The position numbers were made by a program, and so were the translations under genes. Positions 21,924 through 44,595 of a stretch of 64,000 nt of DNA are shown piece by piece. The DNA is taken from positions 9,300,001 to 9,364,000 of the forward strand of contig OZ116700.1 of the NCBI GenBank assembly GCA_964199315.1. Direction: 5' to 3'. Numbering within the stretch: the stretch's first letter is position 1; the number at the start of each line of letters is the position of its first letter. Source of the DNA: Orbicella franksi. Lineage: Eukaryota. A model generated the notes under the pieces. It was not told the DNA's origin. It ran no database searches and worked only from the letters and a program-made list of their open reading frames with translations.

Positions 21924-23564
21924 AACCATTACAGAATCGTAGAGTAATCATGTAGATTTTTGTGAATAACACGACAGTACGTACTTATTTGAAAGTTGAA
22001 ACTGACACCTTTGTTATCCATAGTAGAAAGTTCAAAGCTCTTCGAACAAAAAATGACATAAACATTACTTTTTTTTCTTAAGAAATATAAAGACTTTCTG
22101 AAAGTCCTATTTGTTTCCGTAGCAATTTTTTTAAAATTTAATACACGCAGTTTGGTTTTGTTTTTGATAGGGTGATACCGATGAGAATCCGAAATAGAAA
22201 GTGACCACTGATAAAAACAGTCAAACACACGTTTATTATTGTCTTGAAGTGATTCCATGTTGTGTAGGGCATGAATATGTTTGTATTTGAATTAACTGAC
22301 TTTTCTACCAAGACTCTTACTTTTTAAGTCTTTTTTTTTCTAAGCCTCTTGCTAATTATGACGAACCTCTATTAAGCGGCAAACTCCTAATAAGCGGCAC
22401 CCTCCTATTTCCCCAAGGGGAGCCGATGAATACGGGTGCGACAATAAGTTTATAGGTAAATCAGTTATATAAAAAGAAATTCTACGAAATATTCTTCTTG
22501 CCATTATATGGTTACGTCACAAGATAATTCACACTTAACTAGATGAAAAGTGTGAAATTATTGTTAAAGACAATTAGTGCCATAAAAATTAATTGCGTAT
22601 AAAAACTGTTAGAAACTTCTATCATTGTTAAATATCAAATCGCTTCCATAAAAAATGAAGCATTACTAATTGACTATATATCTTAAGTAATAAAAACATT
22701 ATTTTTGTGTCTACTCGACTGAGACATAGACAGCACCTGTTTGCGCACATTTAAGTATTTTACTTGTTTTTAGTTACTTAAGACGAGTTTTAGGTCTAGG
22801 GAAAAACGTCTTTATGAAGTTCCAGTATTTACTGATAATGGAATGGACTTATTTTGCCCATTCATTTGTGAGACATGGTGGCTCCGTTTTGGCATTTATA
22901 CTACGAATATGCGTTTAGTTCAGTTTCTCAATCCCTTAAATTCCATTACCTAAATATCTTAGGGAAACAAAGTCCGATGCATCCTTTAAATCTATCAACC
23001 CATTTTTAGTTTAGGATTTTTATCTTAACTTGGGCGCTGCCTCTTGTTGACAGTTTCGTAGAACTGCTAAGAATTTGTCCATGATTTAACTGTGTGTTTA
23101 TCCGATTAAACTTAGGTTTGTCATCTATAATTAGTTTCTAGTAACACCTAACGTTATTACATTCTAGTGAAAGTTGTATTGTATAATTTTAACTATAGGT
23201 TTAGCCTTAGTGTAAAGCTTTGGTTAGCAACAGAAATTGCGTGAGAAACGGCGTATGATAACAATCTTTTAAGCTCTTCGTTGTTAGGTAAAGATAATTA
23301 GTTCATGTGTGAGCAATTAAGCATTCGAAAAATACAAAACTAGTCATCGTAAGGAGAGGATTTTGAAGAAGGAAAATTGAACGTGAAACCAGTTGAGACG
23401 ACCCTCCTGAGAAGAGATAAAACAAGAGAATAAAGAAAAGGCAAGAGTTTAAAAGTAAGGTTACTGAATTAAAATCTTATTGTTGAATTGTTGGCTGTGG
23501 AGTACCTCGCTCACTGAGCTAGTTCCCCGAAGGGCGCGCCACTTTCACGCGGTCATCTCAACAG

Positions 23565-24215
23565 TTATATCAGTAAGCAAAAAATTCACTGTAGGAGGGT
23601 CGAAGATATTCACAGCACGAGAGAAAGGGTCAGGTGTTTTCGTTGTGAGTCGAGCGGCAATTTCATCTCTAGGCGAGATACAAGCGTGGCAGTGTCATTT
23701 CAAATCGTGTGGGGAAATCATTTGACGTTGTTTGTGATAGAAGGCCATTGAAAATGTAAAATCACTAAGTTGCCGTGAAATGAGCGAGATATGAAACTGA
23801 ACTGCCCGAGTCACATCAAAGAAATCGCGGCCTGTGAAAACGTGCCCCGAAAACAAACATCGCTTGAGATGTTTACTTACTAGATAACCAGGAAGTGCTT
23901 TTTAACGCAACAGTCGTCCCCCTCTTTTAGCTTTAATGGTGTTTGCAGAATACTCAACGCTGTGTTAGAAGTACATTAAGCATTGTTCACATCTGATTGG
24001 TGAACAATTAAAACGAGAGGATATAAAAAGCTTTTCCTTTCTTCAAATTATTGTCTTCAGCCTCAACACCCACTGCTGCTAAACAACCGGACAGATCACT
24101 ACGCAAAATAATTCATTTTATATTCCTTTAACGGAAGACGATGGTATTTTAAAAACGGCCAAACTGTGCGATCCGACTGTACAAAGCTACTTGTCGCCCC
24201 CAGCAATGAAAAAAA
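23565..24215. repeat. Interspersed repeat family R1, copy 2
   Basis: Shared blocks with ~1590-2125 and ~27330-27985 (e.g. tgtgagtcgagcggcaatttcat with copy 3). Confidence 0.7.
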
Positions 24216-24369
24216 TCAATTTTCTAAACATTAAGAAAGGATTCACTGGAGTAAAGACAACGAGCTTCCAGAAAGTCTATGTACGAGCGTCTGCTTTATT
24301 ACAGAAGCTTAAGTCCCACAACATAAATATATAAGTTTAAAATCATTATGACACTAGTGATTTAGATCT

Positions 24370-24670
24370 AAGCAATAGAGCACTTTTTTCCGTGTTTACA
24401 TAGCCTCATCTAAACAGGGGGAGGGTAGGGAGAATCCGAGACAGTTATGCAAACCCAAGCCGTAGTCGTAGCATAACTCTCGAGAATTCTCCCAGACCCC
24501 CGAGTGTTTAGATGAGGCTATGTAAACACGAAAAAAGTGCTGTATTGCTTTTATAAAACAATTCTCAAAAGTACGCGTGAATCTGAAACATCACAACCGT
24601 GTTTACGTACTCTCTTCGAAACGCATCCATCGACCAATGAGAGCACGCGTAGTAGCTCAGTTATTTTATA
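24370..24670. mobile_element. Hairpin-plus-tail non-autonomous element
   Basis: Inverted arms aagcaatagagcacttttttccgtgtttacatagcctcatctaaaca and tgtttagatgaggctatgtaaacacgaaaaaagtgctgtattgctt (24370-24550), followed by a ~120-bp tail. Confidence 0.7.
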
Positions 24671-24755
24671 AAACATAATGTACTCCTTTCCTCTTTCTGT
24701 ATTCCATAACACACGTCAGACGTCGTGCACAGTGATTCAAAGAATGAAACCCTTA

Positions 24756-25073
24756 AGGTCGGCACACACGGGGGGACTTGTCCCTGCGACTGGTCCCTGC
24801 AACTAGTCCCCTGAAGAGTTTACACGAAGAGGACTGGTCGCTGGGACTTGTCCCACGAACGATTCACACGAAGCGTTCTGAGGAACAAGTCGCAGGGACT
24901 TGTCCCAAAAATTCAAACTGGTTTGAATTCGTGGGACTAGTCGCAGGGACCAACCTTTGGTCCCTTCTGTTAGATTTTGAGGCAAAAATGGCCACTTCAC
25001 ACGATGGGACTTGTCCCCGCGACTTGTTGCAGGGACTAGTCGCAGGGACTGGTCCCCTCGTGTTTGCCGACCT
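24756..25073. mobile_element. MITE with TTA target duplication (Harbinger-like)
   Basis: tta|aggtcggcacacacg...cgtgtttgccgacct|tta, with many internal gggact/agtccc inverted subrepeats. Confidence 0.8.
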
Positions 25074-25077
25074 TTAA

Positions 25078-25171
25078 GGCTATGTTCACACTTGGTGTCC
25101 GAGTACGGTGTCCGAGTACGGTGTCCGAGTACGATTGTCACTGGGTACTAATGTGAACACACCTTTTTTCC
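25078..25171. repeat. Short Harbinger-type MITE fragment with 3 tandem ggtgtccgagtac units
   Basis: Begins ggctatgttcacact, has three direct repeats, ends gtgaacac. Confidence 0.5.
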
Positions 25172-26124
25172 AAGTTCTCACACTAGAATTAGGGCACAGT
25201 GTCCGTTTACAAAATCTCGAGCCTGTCCTCGGGCACTAAGACGGTACTTGAGTACTTCAAGTACCCAGTGTCTGAACACAACCCTATATTGTGCTGGTGT
25301 TCAGGCAACAGTGCTTGGACAAAAAATGTGAACGTTTTTTTTATTTTTAACATCTTGTGCGCATTTTTCATCAAGGAAATGTTGTTAACTGAAAAAAAAA
25401 AAAAAAAATTTAACAACAGAAGATTATTGTTTAACAGACAAATGGTACTCGATATAAATACTTACGCCGTTAACTATTGTCATCAGAATTAAAGATTTGG
25501 CTTATTATTGGCAAAATAAAAAAATTGAAAATTACTAATCCTACTGAAAATTTAGTTTCATCAAATGTAAGACTTTCTAATAACTTGGCGTTTTACAACG
25601 TTTAAGCTCGACAGTGTTCTTCATTTTATAAGAGGGTGCTTTCCAACTGAGTTTATGCGGCCCGAGAAGGTTCTTGCAAAAGTCAAAAGATGATTCGTCG
25701 TGTAAGTTTTTGCTAACTGCAGTTGAACCGTTCTTGCTCTAGAAGAAGTATTAATATCATTGTGTCGGAGCTCTAGAGTAATAACTTTTCATTTAAATAG
25801 CAAAACTCAATGACAGATGTTTCTGTTACTTTACGGCCGGAGGGTACGAACATGGCGTCTCCATACAAAGCTCTACAAATTTGGGTGCAAAAACTTCTAC
25901 AAATAACGCGCGAATGAAAAACCGCATAGACCTCAATCTTGACGAGGTTGTTTATATATCAATCTTCTATCATATCCCAGATTCTCGAGTAAATTTATTG
26001 AATGGTTACGATTTTTATTTTTGATGGGGTGACAGCTCTGTGCGGTTTTTCATTCGCGCGTTATTTGGAGAAGTTTCTAACCCAAAGCCATGTTTTCCCC
26101 TCGGAGGGTGGCCGTTAAGTAACA

Positions 26125-26295
26125 GAAACATGGAAAATGCATTGGACATGGGCCTGAAAGTGGGCGTGCTTTTCATTGACTTTCGGAAAGCTTTTGACAC
26201 TGTGAATCATACCATCCTACTAGAAAAGCAAAAAGCCATTGGTATATCAGGTGACCTGTTTTCCTAGATTGATGATTACATGTCTGCACGTAAGC
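26125..26295 (+). mobile_element. Fragment of L2/CR1-type reverse transcriptase
   Basis: ENALDMGLKVGVLFIDFRKAFDTVNHTILLEKQKAIGISGDLFS*IDDY contains the D(F/L)xKAFDTV.H motif with an in-frame stop. Confidence 0.75.
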
Positions 26296-27329
26296 CAAAA
26301 GAGGAAATCTCGACGTCTACATGTGCGCTTGACTCTCTTGTTGTGGAAGTTTCGGAATCGCGTCCGGTCTAATTCTCCAGCAATTCCGTGCGACTAGCAC
26401 TTGTTGTAGTTTGTCCTTCAGCTTCATTGGTGGGACTAGTGTCCTCGAGTTCCTTCAACCATTCTTCTTGACTGTGGGTCGCTCAGAGCCAAAGGATCTT
26501 GTTCGATGCTGAACCTGTGGGTTCCACCAGATTTTCGCCTCTCCGACTTCTTCAAAGACGAAAATGGACAAGAAGTTTTCTTGGGTTTTCGTCCTGATTC
26601 TTGTGATGCAAGAACCAGATCGAGAGCAGTTCGCGTGCACAAATGAAATATCACACCGCAGTTCGCTTTACATGTGACAACTGGCGGTGAATTTTATTTA
26701 GAAGTGTCAACGCGCCGTAAGGTTTAATGAGATTCAAAAATAGTTTTTCTCTTTATCGTAAAAACGTAACAAAGCTTTTCTTACCATTCTTTTTGCAAAA
26801 TATTTATCTCAGTCTTCTCAATTTGAACAGCAAAAAAAAATATTTTTCGCATTTTTCGTAAAAATTCACCTACCATGATACCTTAAGTCAACCAGAAGTT
26901 TCAACTCTAAAAACTGCAGCACAAACAGTCTTCTGATCGACCAAGAATAGATTCTTCTGTCGTTCGAAAGGCGCGAGGGAAACAAAGCACACACGCCATG
27001 TCTTCTGGGTAGTGATTGCGCAATTTAGCCATTTTCCCACGTAGGAGACAGCCCCGTTCGCATTTTATGACTGGGTTCGCCTACGGCAACCCAGTAATTA
27101 GACGCTTATTTTCTCTTACAGCGGTGTGTCGAAAAGTAATTGGTTTTGCACTTTCTACGCCACACGATTGGCTTAAAAAACTCGCGCCACTTTTTCATCC
27201 AATCAGAAGTACAACCAAAACCAATTGTGACGCGTTCGCACGCATTTTCCATGCTTGCGAACTTCCAAAAGTGCGAATTTCCAAAAGTGCGACTGCAAGT
27301 TTATTGTTAAATCAGGTATTTAAGGAAAA

Positions 27330-27985
27330 AACTTCTACGGAATATTGCTTTTGGCATTATTGTGGTTATATCAGAAAGCAAACCATTACTGTAGAAAGGT
27401 CAAAGATTTCCACAGTGTAAGGGAAAGAGTCAAGTGCTTTTGCTGTGAGTCGAGCGGCAATTTCATATCTTGGCGGAATACAATCGTTTGTAAAGTCGCT
27501 TAGGGGCCGTAAAATTACCGAGATATGAAACCAAATTTATCCAATCACAGCAAATATATCGCCTCTTGTGAAAACGTGCCGAGAAAAAGAAAAACATCGC
27601 TTGAGGTGTTTACTTAGTAGATAGCTAGAAAGTGCGATTTATCTCAGTAGTTTTAAGCCTCATTTAGGTGGTAATGCAGTTTGCAATATACTTAACTTTG
27701 TGTTAGAAGTACATTAAGCATTGTTTTCTTCTGATGCGTGAGCAATTAAAAAAGGAAATTACCGAGAAGATATAAAAAGCAGTTTCTTTTTTCCGATTAT
27801 TGTCTTCAACCACAACACCCACTGCTGCTAAATCACTACTCAGATCATATCCCAAAATAAATTCTTTTTATATTCCTTTAACAGAAGTCGATAGAAATTT
27901 CAAAACGTGCCAAATTGTGCGATCCGACTTCACAAAGCTAATTGTCGCTTCCAGCCATGCAATAAATCAATAATCTAAACATCAA
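27330..27985. repeat. Interspersed repeat family R1, copy 3
   Basis: Shared blocks with copies 1 and 2. Confidence 0.7.
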
Positions 27986-28368
27986 GGAAGGATTTCGAGA
28001 GCAATATACCTGTGTGTCCGCTTATTGATAGAAGCCTGAGCCCCTGTAACATAACAAGATATGAATTTAGAAACTTATTGAGACTAGTGCTTCATAAAAC
28101 AGTATCTGTCCCATCTGAGTTCAATAACTTAGTTCAGATGTGCACAGTGGTTCGAAGAATAAAACCTTATTTCCTTTTTCTAAATATTGATTGCATTTTT
28201 TATCAAGGAAATGCTGTTAATTGAAATTCAGATTTAATTTGAGAACAGATGTCATTAGTGTTTCACAGACAAATGTACTCAATATAAATAATCTTTAGAA
28301 GTGGAAAGATCCAATCAGACCAATATTATTTGGGGTCATTTAAAGCGATTTGCAACCGAACACCAAAG

Positions 28369-28923
28369 ATGAGGGGAGAACAGCTTTTACGAAAGGCGAT
28401 ATCAGAATGCAAAGAATACCATTTACCTGAATCGGTGACAAATCCTTTCGAAAACCACGATTTAAAATTTGCGTGGCTTGATAAGTCAATATCTTGGTTG
28501 CCTTTCCAAGCAACAGCTACATCGATAAAGCAAACAAACAACGGTTCTTTGAAAAGCGAGTTCAACAAAGTTGGCAAAGGCGCGAGACCAGTGCTACAAA
28601 GAAATGACTCGGTGAAAAAATTAATAGCGTCCAAAACACAGGGGATACGACGCTCCTTCTCGGAGAGCTTTAAGCACAGAACTGTAGTGACAGGCTGCAG
28701 CACAAACAGTACAGCGAGGGAGGAAATCATCGAAGAAGAACGTCTTGCAGCTGTGTTTGTAAGCGGCGATGAGTACATCTACAATCCGTGCGCGCCAAAC
28801 AAGCGACGAAAAGCAATTTGCGATCAGATCGAAAAGTGCATCTTGCAAAAGGGTGCGACGTTGAGGTCTTTGAGAAGGGACCTTATAGTTGCGGTCAATT
28901 TAACGAACTGGCATCTTCTTTAG
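28369..28923 (+). CDS. Intronless uncharacterised protein A, 184 aa from the first ATG
   Basis: 555-nt ORF in AT-rich DNA with aagATGa start and tandem CCAAT motifs ~50 bp upstream. The last 39 aa align without gaps to ORF 31506-32051. Confidence 0.7.
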   Translation: MRGEQLLRKAISECKEYHLPESVTNPFENHDLKFAWLDKSISWLPFQATATSIKQTNNGSLKSEFNKVGKGARPVLQRNDSVKKLIASKTQGIRRSFSESFKHRTVVTGCSTNSTAREEIIEEERLAAVFVSGDEYIYNPCAPNKRRKAICDQIEKCILQKGATLRSLRRDLIVAVNLTNWHLL

Positions 28924-31505
28924 AAGGAGCAGGCGCGTGCAACAATAATGCAAAAATGCTATGGCGTGGATACTGAGTAAATGATGATACGGTTTGAAGC
29001 TTTACATGTAAATGAAGGGGCGATCCATATACATGCATATACTCTGGGTGGACAAAACTAAGCGTACAAACATTGGATAAAGAGATCTTTCTTTTCTCTC
29101 AAAGACACTCGCTTGCCGCTCTCACATAAAATATGCGCCTTTTATCAAAACGGCAACAAACTGAGTCCGTTGGCGAAGCATTGTGGACAGCGCGCCTTTG
29201 CTCCACGAGGAGCCTAAAGGTATATCAAGTAAGTATCAAAACGGTCGAAATGTCAAGACTTCGCGCCAAAAGTAAACGGCAGCATTATGGGATACATCAG
29301 TGGCTTTTATATATTTTGTTGCTAAAAGTTGGACTTTGCACTGAGATGAGTTCCATTCAATGACATCATAGATGGATTTAGATAACGTGTTGTTGCCAGC
29401 CGATTTAGGTCATGTGATGATACATATGGGAGGTTACAATTGTCCTGTTTGTACATACTCCAATGCAATCAGTTGCGTGTGGCAATTTGTACAATTGTAA
29501 GGTCGAATCCGTCTATTGACTGAAAAATGTAAGGACGCAGTTATTCATTTATATTATTGTAAATTTGTATGAATATAATTATAGGTTTCACATTTAGTTT
29601 CTACTTTGCATCTATTTTGAGATCTTTTTGTTCCATAATATTTTTTCGAAAAATATAACTTCGTTAGTAGATTGATTGAGGCCTAGCCAAACGCTCGCCA
29701 AGCCAAGACAGTATAAAACAATCCGTATACCACGCGCGAAAAAAGGCGAACTGTTGCGCAGTCCTAAACGTTGTTCCGGAGAATACTTGAGAATATTGAG
29801 ATTGGTCCGATGTTTGAAGCACTGTAGCCCTTCGCTATCTCAAGTTCAAGTCGACGAGTAGAAATTCCTCAGATTGGCAAATTGGACTCGGCCCACGGAA
29901 ATTACTAAGCTTTCATTCTATTTGGTTAGTTACACTCAGTATACAAATTTTTCCTTTGCATATTGATGCTCTAGTTGAAAACATTGTGCAACCATGACGT
30001 CTGCAGCTAATGTGTAGTTTGACGAACTACACCGCAATGTTACTGTACCTTAATTACCTATGTAAAAGAACAAAGGAAACGATTAAAGAACTAGCCAAGT
30101 TATCGCCCCGTTTGTAGTGTAAATCATGCTGTAGAAACTAAAATAAGACATAACAGAAGCATATCACCCTGATAAGCTTCTGGATATAATAATATAGTAA
30201 CATGTAATAAGCTAGCTAACTGAGTCTTCCGAGTCTGTCTCTTTTACAGACGCTTTGGTTAGAGTACAAGGTCAGTAAAGGGTTGGGAAATTACAGAACG
30301 TGATATTTGAAGCGCCGCCGGGACGACTGTTCCCTGTCTCCCTATGTCCCCTCCCCTTAGGAAACTCTACAAGGGATTGAGACTTCCTACAACTGTACTC
30401 TGTAAGAAACAAATGAGAAATAAAAGGGTTCAAAAATGATGTTTGATACGAAGATAATTCGCATTGAACGAAAGGGGAAGTGGACAAACGGTTTGCGCGC
30501 TCACACAGGTTCGAGCTCTGGTCAGGGGGCCATTGTGTGCTCGAACAAGACAACTAAATTGCGTTCACGGTGTCTTCCCCCTCCCTCCCCTCCCAAAGTG
30601 TTCAAATGGACACAGCCGCCATAGCTTTTGAAAATCGTCAAGGAGAAAACCCTGGGGACGAGGTGGCCCCTTTTAGGATTCGACCGGGAGGTCCATCGTC
30701 TTCTCCGCCACGAGTTTCAAAATGACTGCTCGTCGGGGGAGACGCCCCGTGAAAAAAATCTGGGTCAACCCGGTGGAAAATCTTCCAAAAAGTAGACATT
30801 TGTATCACGTCACCGAAAGAGAAGAAAATGGCGGCTGGAGTCGACTTCAAATCCACCTTTAACAGGACCACGTGACTGAAAATTGCCAAAAAAGATCACA
30901 AAAGCGCGCTAAAAACACATGGAAAGACTCCAAGGTTTGAAACAAATTGATAGAATTTCAAATCCATGCAGACTGTCTTGTATCGCGCTTTGCTTATCTG
31001 TGCGTGAAATGTGTTGACGCTTATTCCTGTCTGCAAACGAACCCCTGTGATGAAATGAGTAGTTAGTTCTAATAGCGCGCACACACTGGCAAACTTGACT
31101 GATAGCTATTCAGTCTTGTGGTGATTAAAATGCTTTTAGGCAATCAGCTTTTCATTTGAATTAATGCAGCAGATGATATCAAAACTTTTCAAATAGCATT
31201 TTCATTCATTTTACTCGCTTTATTCATTGCAAGTCGACCGCGGATATTTCAACGAGCCGACCACGAACTGTTCAATAAATTAGGAAAAAAAGCGTCTTGT
31301 TGTCGCAGCGTGACAAGTGGGAGATTTCGAAGTAATTTACACCGACCATTGTCTTCCTTGTAATTAGTTTTAATAATGACTATGTCACAGGGCGAATGCG
31401 AACAACTTGTAAATTCTGAACACTGGTTAGACGAATGGAAGTCAAGACGAAGTCGGAGGACCCAGAAAATTCACTCATGAATACTTGAAATGTTTTCATA
31501 AAACT

Positions 31506-32051
31506 ATGGATAGAGGCATTCAATCTCGAGGAGAAAAACACCCTGACCTTAAACCTCGAAACTGTACTTCAGTGAAGGGGAGACAAGACGAGAGATCGGA
31601 GACTTCATCTTATGTCGTTAACAGCGAAAAATCGAGTAACGACTTGACTGAGAGAGTGGCACCATCTTCTTTCATACCGGCTAATCAAAGAAGAAAACTG
31701 TTTAACGGGAGCCTTAAGCTGTCAAAAACCAGATGGGTAAGTATGAGTCACGAAAAACCGTCTAGGAAAAACAGAGTTTTGAAGACGGAAAAGTCCCTGG
31801 ATGACGCTGCGTTTTTAAAGGAAAAGCGAGGAGGTTCGCATTATTGCGAAAGCTCTTCTGCGATTCAAGAAAGTCCAGAATTGGATACCTTGCCCGAAGA
31901 GATTTGTCTCGAGGCGTACTCTGAGACGCCACGAAGGGGAAGCATTTGTGAAGAGCTCGAAAAGGAGATCTTTCAGGGAGGAATCAGCTTGCACAAGATG
32001 CGCAAGGCAATGGTGATACAGGAAACACTTAAGGATAGATTTCTGATATGA
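31506..32051 (+). CDS. Intronless uncharacterised protein B, 181 aa from the first ATG
   Basis: 546-nt ORF with actATGg start and a Ser/Lys/Arg/Glu-rich N-terminal region. C-terminal RRGSICEELEKEIFQGG... is homologous to protein A. Confidence 0.7.
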   Translation: MDRGIQSRGEKHPDLKPRNCTSVKGRQDERSETSSYVVNSEKSSNDLTERVAPSSFIPANQRRKLFNGSLKLSKTRWVSMSHEKPSRKNRVLKTEKSLDDAAFLKEKRGGSHYCESSSAIQESPELDTLPEEICLEAYSETPRRGSICEELEKEIFQGGISLHKMRKAMVIQETLKDRFLI

Positions 32052-33127
32052 ACGTGGAGTGAAAACACGCTTTATTTTGAAAACAGTCTGTGCTCGACGC
32101 AGTGTTGAAAAACGAGGAATAGCAAATACTGTATATTTAGACTTCTGCTACAGGGACGAGCAAAGATGACGGGAAAAAACCGCGATAACGTTGTTTGCTT
32201 CTTCCACTGAAAAATTTACACAAAATCTGAAACTTCTAAATTTGAAATAACTATGGCAGCTTGCATCCACATGTCAATCAATACCTTTCACTGGGTTATC
32301 TGCAGCTGATATGACGTATTCTGATTAAATAAAAGATGTGGAATAAAGGGGGTGAACTGACTTCATGTATATTCAGAAGGAAGACGATTAAGACAAATCT
32401 TTCAAGAATACTTGAACGTTCTTTCTTATCACTATGGATAAAAAAAGCAGAGGGAGAGTTCTACGGACGAATCTGTAATGACGGAGGAATTAAAAAAAAA
32501 AAAAAAAGAACTGATCACAAATTAATGCGACACGTTTCTCAATCACAAGACATCTGTCGCAGTTGTTTCTTTATATGTATCAACCATCGGGAAGCAAACG
32601 AGACAAGTTGCATATAATATTCAACTCTCTTCAGAAATTGTATAATTTTCCTCCCCCAAAAAGGAAACTGAGAGAATCAGAACCCTTTTTGAGCTTGATC
32701 TTGATCAGTGAAGTCAAAAAAGACACGAAAAGATTTTTTGTAGTAAATTTTCTGAACACAGACTGATTTAATTGTTCAATTTACATGAGAACGTCAGATA
32801 TTAGAATTTGTGATGATCACTTGGGGATGCAGAACAAAAGAAACTCATTGATAAATGCATTCTTCGTGACTTAGAGCACTGTGACTTGGGACAAAAGTTA
32901 AATAATGCATGAAAACTTTCGTCCGTCATCAAGATAATATGTTAATTGAAGAAAATCACTACCGTAAGCGAAGATGATCATGAATAACGAATATTAATAA
33001 ATTGAGGACAAAGCCCAGAGAAAAACTAATCGAGTGTATTGTGCGTGAGTCTCGAATCTCGACAATAAACTGATACTTTTAAGGCTTCACGTATCACGAT
33101 ATATCAGGAAAAACGTTGTTGCAATTA

Positions 33128-33345
33128 AGGCAGCGTCCACACTTGAACACGTTGCTTTAATTCTACGGCTAGGCCTGTCGTCCACAATAATCTGTCACGA
33201 AAACGTTGCTTTTCGAAAACGCTCTTCCAACCCGAGGAATTTGAAAACGCTGGCTTTTTCGTTTTAGCGTGGACGGAAAACATTTTGAAAACGGAGCTGT
33301 TCGAGAGCGATGGTGTCGTGATAATCACGTGATTTCCCCGGCTGA
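33128..33345. mobile_element. Truncated Harbinger-type MITE
   Basis: Starts tta|aggcagcgtccacac with repeated gaaaacg motifs; the right end was not found. Confidence 0.5.
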
Positions 33346-33664
33346 CAGTTTTCCTCAAACAGTTTTAAGCTGAATCTGAATTTCTGGACGTTTTAGCGTG
33401 AGAATGGGCCTGAGATCATGTTTAAATTGTTCATTATTCTCGTCCACAACAATGTCTCAGACACGTGAGAGTGTTCCATTGTATTCTTAACAGCGAGAAG
33501 AGAGTTCAAAATATGTCGGGCAGGGGACTATTGTTGACTAAATTCGATTTTATTTTGAGACTGCTGCGACAGTTTTGACAAACCACCTCAGTCGAAACTA
33601 AGCAAGGAAAAGGAGGAATAATTATACATCCCTGCCATTGTTACAATTTCCTTTGTTTCAACAA

Positions 33665-33776
33665 ATATGGGTTATTGACTAAGCTTGTTCGGTCAAGATG
33701 GCTGGATATTGGCCAAGTTCTTTTTTTGCGAGTTTATGGACCGAGACGGAGTCGAGGTCCATAAACTCGCAAAAAA

Positions 33777-33811
<35 letters not shown>

Positions 33812-33937
33812 AAGCTTGGTCAATAAAGGATTTATTATACGGCTTTCGGGGAAATTTTTCTTGCGGGACACGGCGGGCAGTCCCGAGCGGGCAAGATAGC
33901 TCCATCTTGCCCGCTCGCGGAGCTTGCCATATAATAA
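33665..33937. mobile_element. Hairpin element, inverted copy of 14246-14562
   Basis: Arms ttattgactaagcttgttcggtcaagatggctggatattggcc and ggccaatatccagccatcttgaccgaacaagcttggtcaataa. Tail ends gccatataataa. Confidence 0.8.
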
Positions 33938-34749
33938 GATGAATTATTGACCAGTTTGATACAAAAAACTGAATCTGAACAAAGTGTTCTTCGTATTGTA
34001 CCAGTGTTCCCAGCTATTATCTAGAGCTCAAACAAGCGAAGGTTCTAAACAAGCTTCAATTACTTAACATGTTCCGAAATGTTTGACTTCCGAAACTTAG
34101 GCTTTTGCTATGGCTATATGGATCCCCGAACCACACTGATTTGCGTAACAATTTACCGGCATCTATTTATATATTTGAGTAGAAAGAAGCACTGAAAGGG
34201 TTGTCGTTACGTAGGCCGGGCCTTGACCTCGTTATGTACGCATTTATTTCCAAAGGATGTATGAGCGAGCCATTCATAAAGAAGGATAGAAGTGTCGCCA
34301 CACGAATTCACCACGGGTTAACACCAACCCTTCTCCCTTGCCAACAAAATTCAAGGACTGCTGTTAAAATTCTAGGACCGTTCAAGGCGATAAGCTACCT
34401 TACTTCATTTTCAAGGACACAAGGCCCGTGCTAGCCATGCACCGAAGTGATGCGCCTAAAAAAGTAACTGTCACCCTGGCCATGGCTTAGACCCCGTTTC
34501 TAATCTCATTAGGCCCATTGATTGAATGTATGTCTGAAATAAATTATATGGGTCAAATGAAGACAAACAATGGAATTGAAAGTGGGACAGACCAGTTTCT
34601 AACGAATGTATTTCATGTTTTCACTAGGTGAACATTCTCTGGCGAGGCTCATAAATAACTTAAAATCTCTCGTTTCCTTCCTCTCTAAAATATCTTTCTT
34701 GATGTCTGGGTTACATTAAGAGAAATTCAAAAGTTAACTGGCATTATTG

Positions 34750-44595
<9,846 letters not shown>

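Noticed and set aside
17479-21942. Many short antisense and alternate-frame ORFs over the SRCR exon
   Set aside because: They are shadows of the coding repeat, recurring with its 606-bp period.
25095-25140. Short direct repeats resembling a CRISPR array, also 56481-56855
   Set aside because: Eukaryotic context, no unique spacers, no cas genes; the repeats are internal to transposon relics.
26300-26690. GC-richer segment that might be a retroelement 5' end or gag fragment
   Set aside because: No recognisable protein motif, LTR or primer-binding site could be supported.
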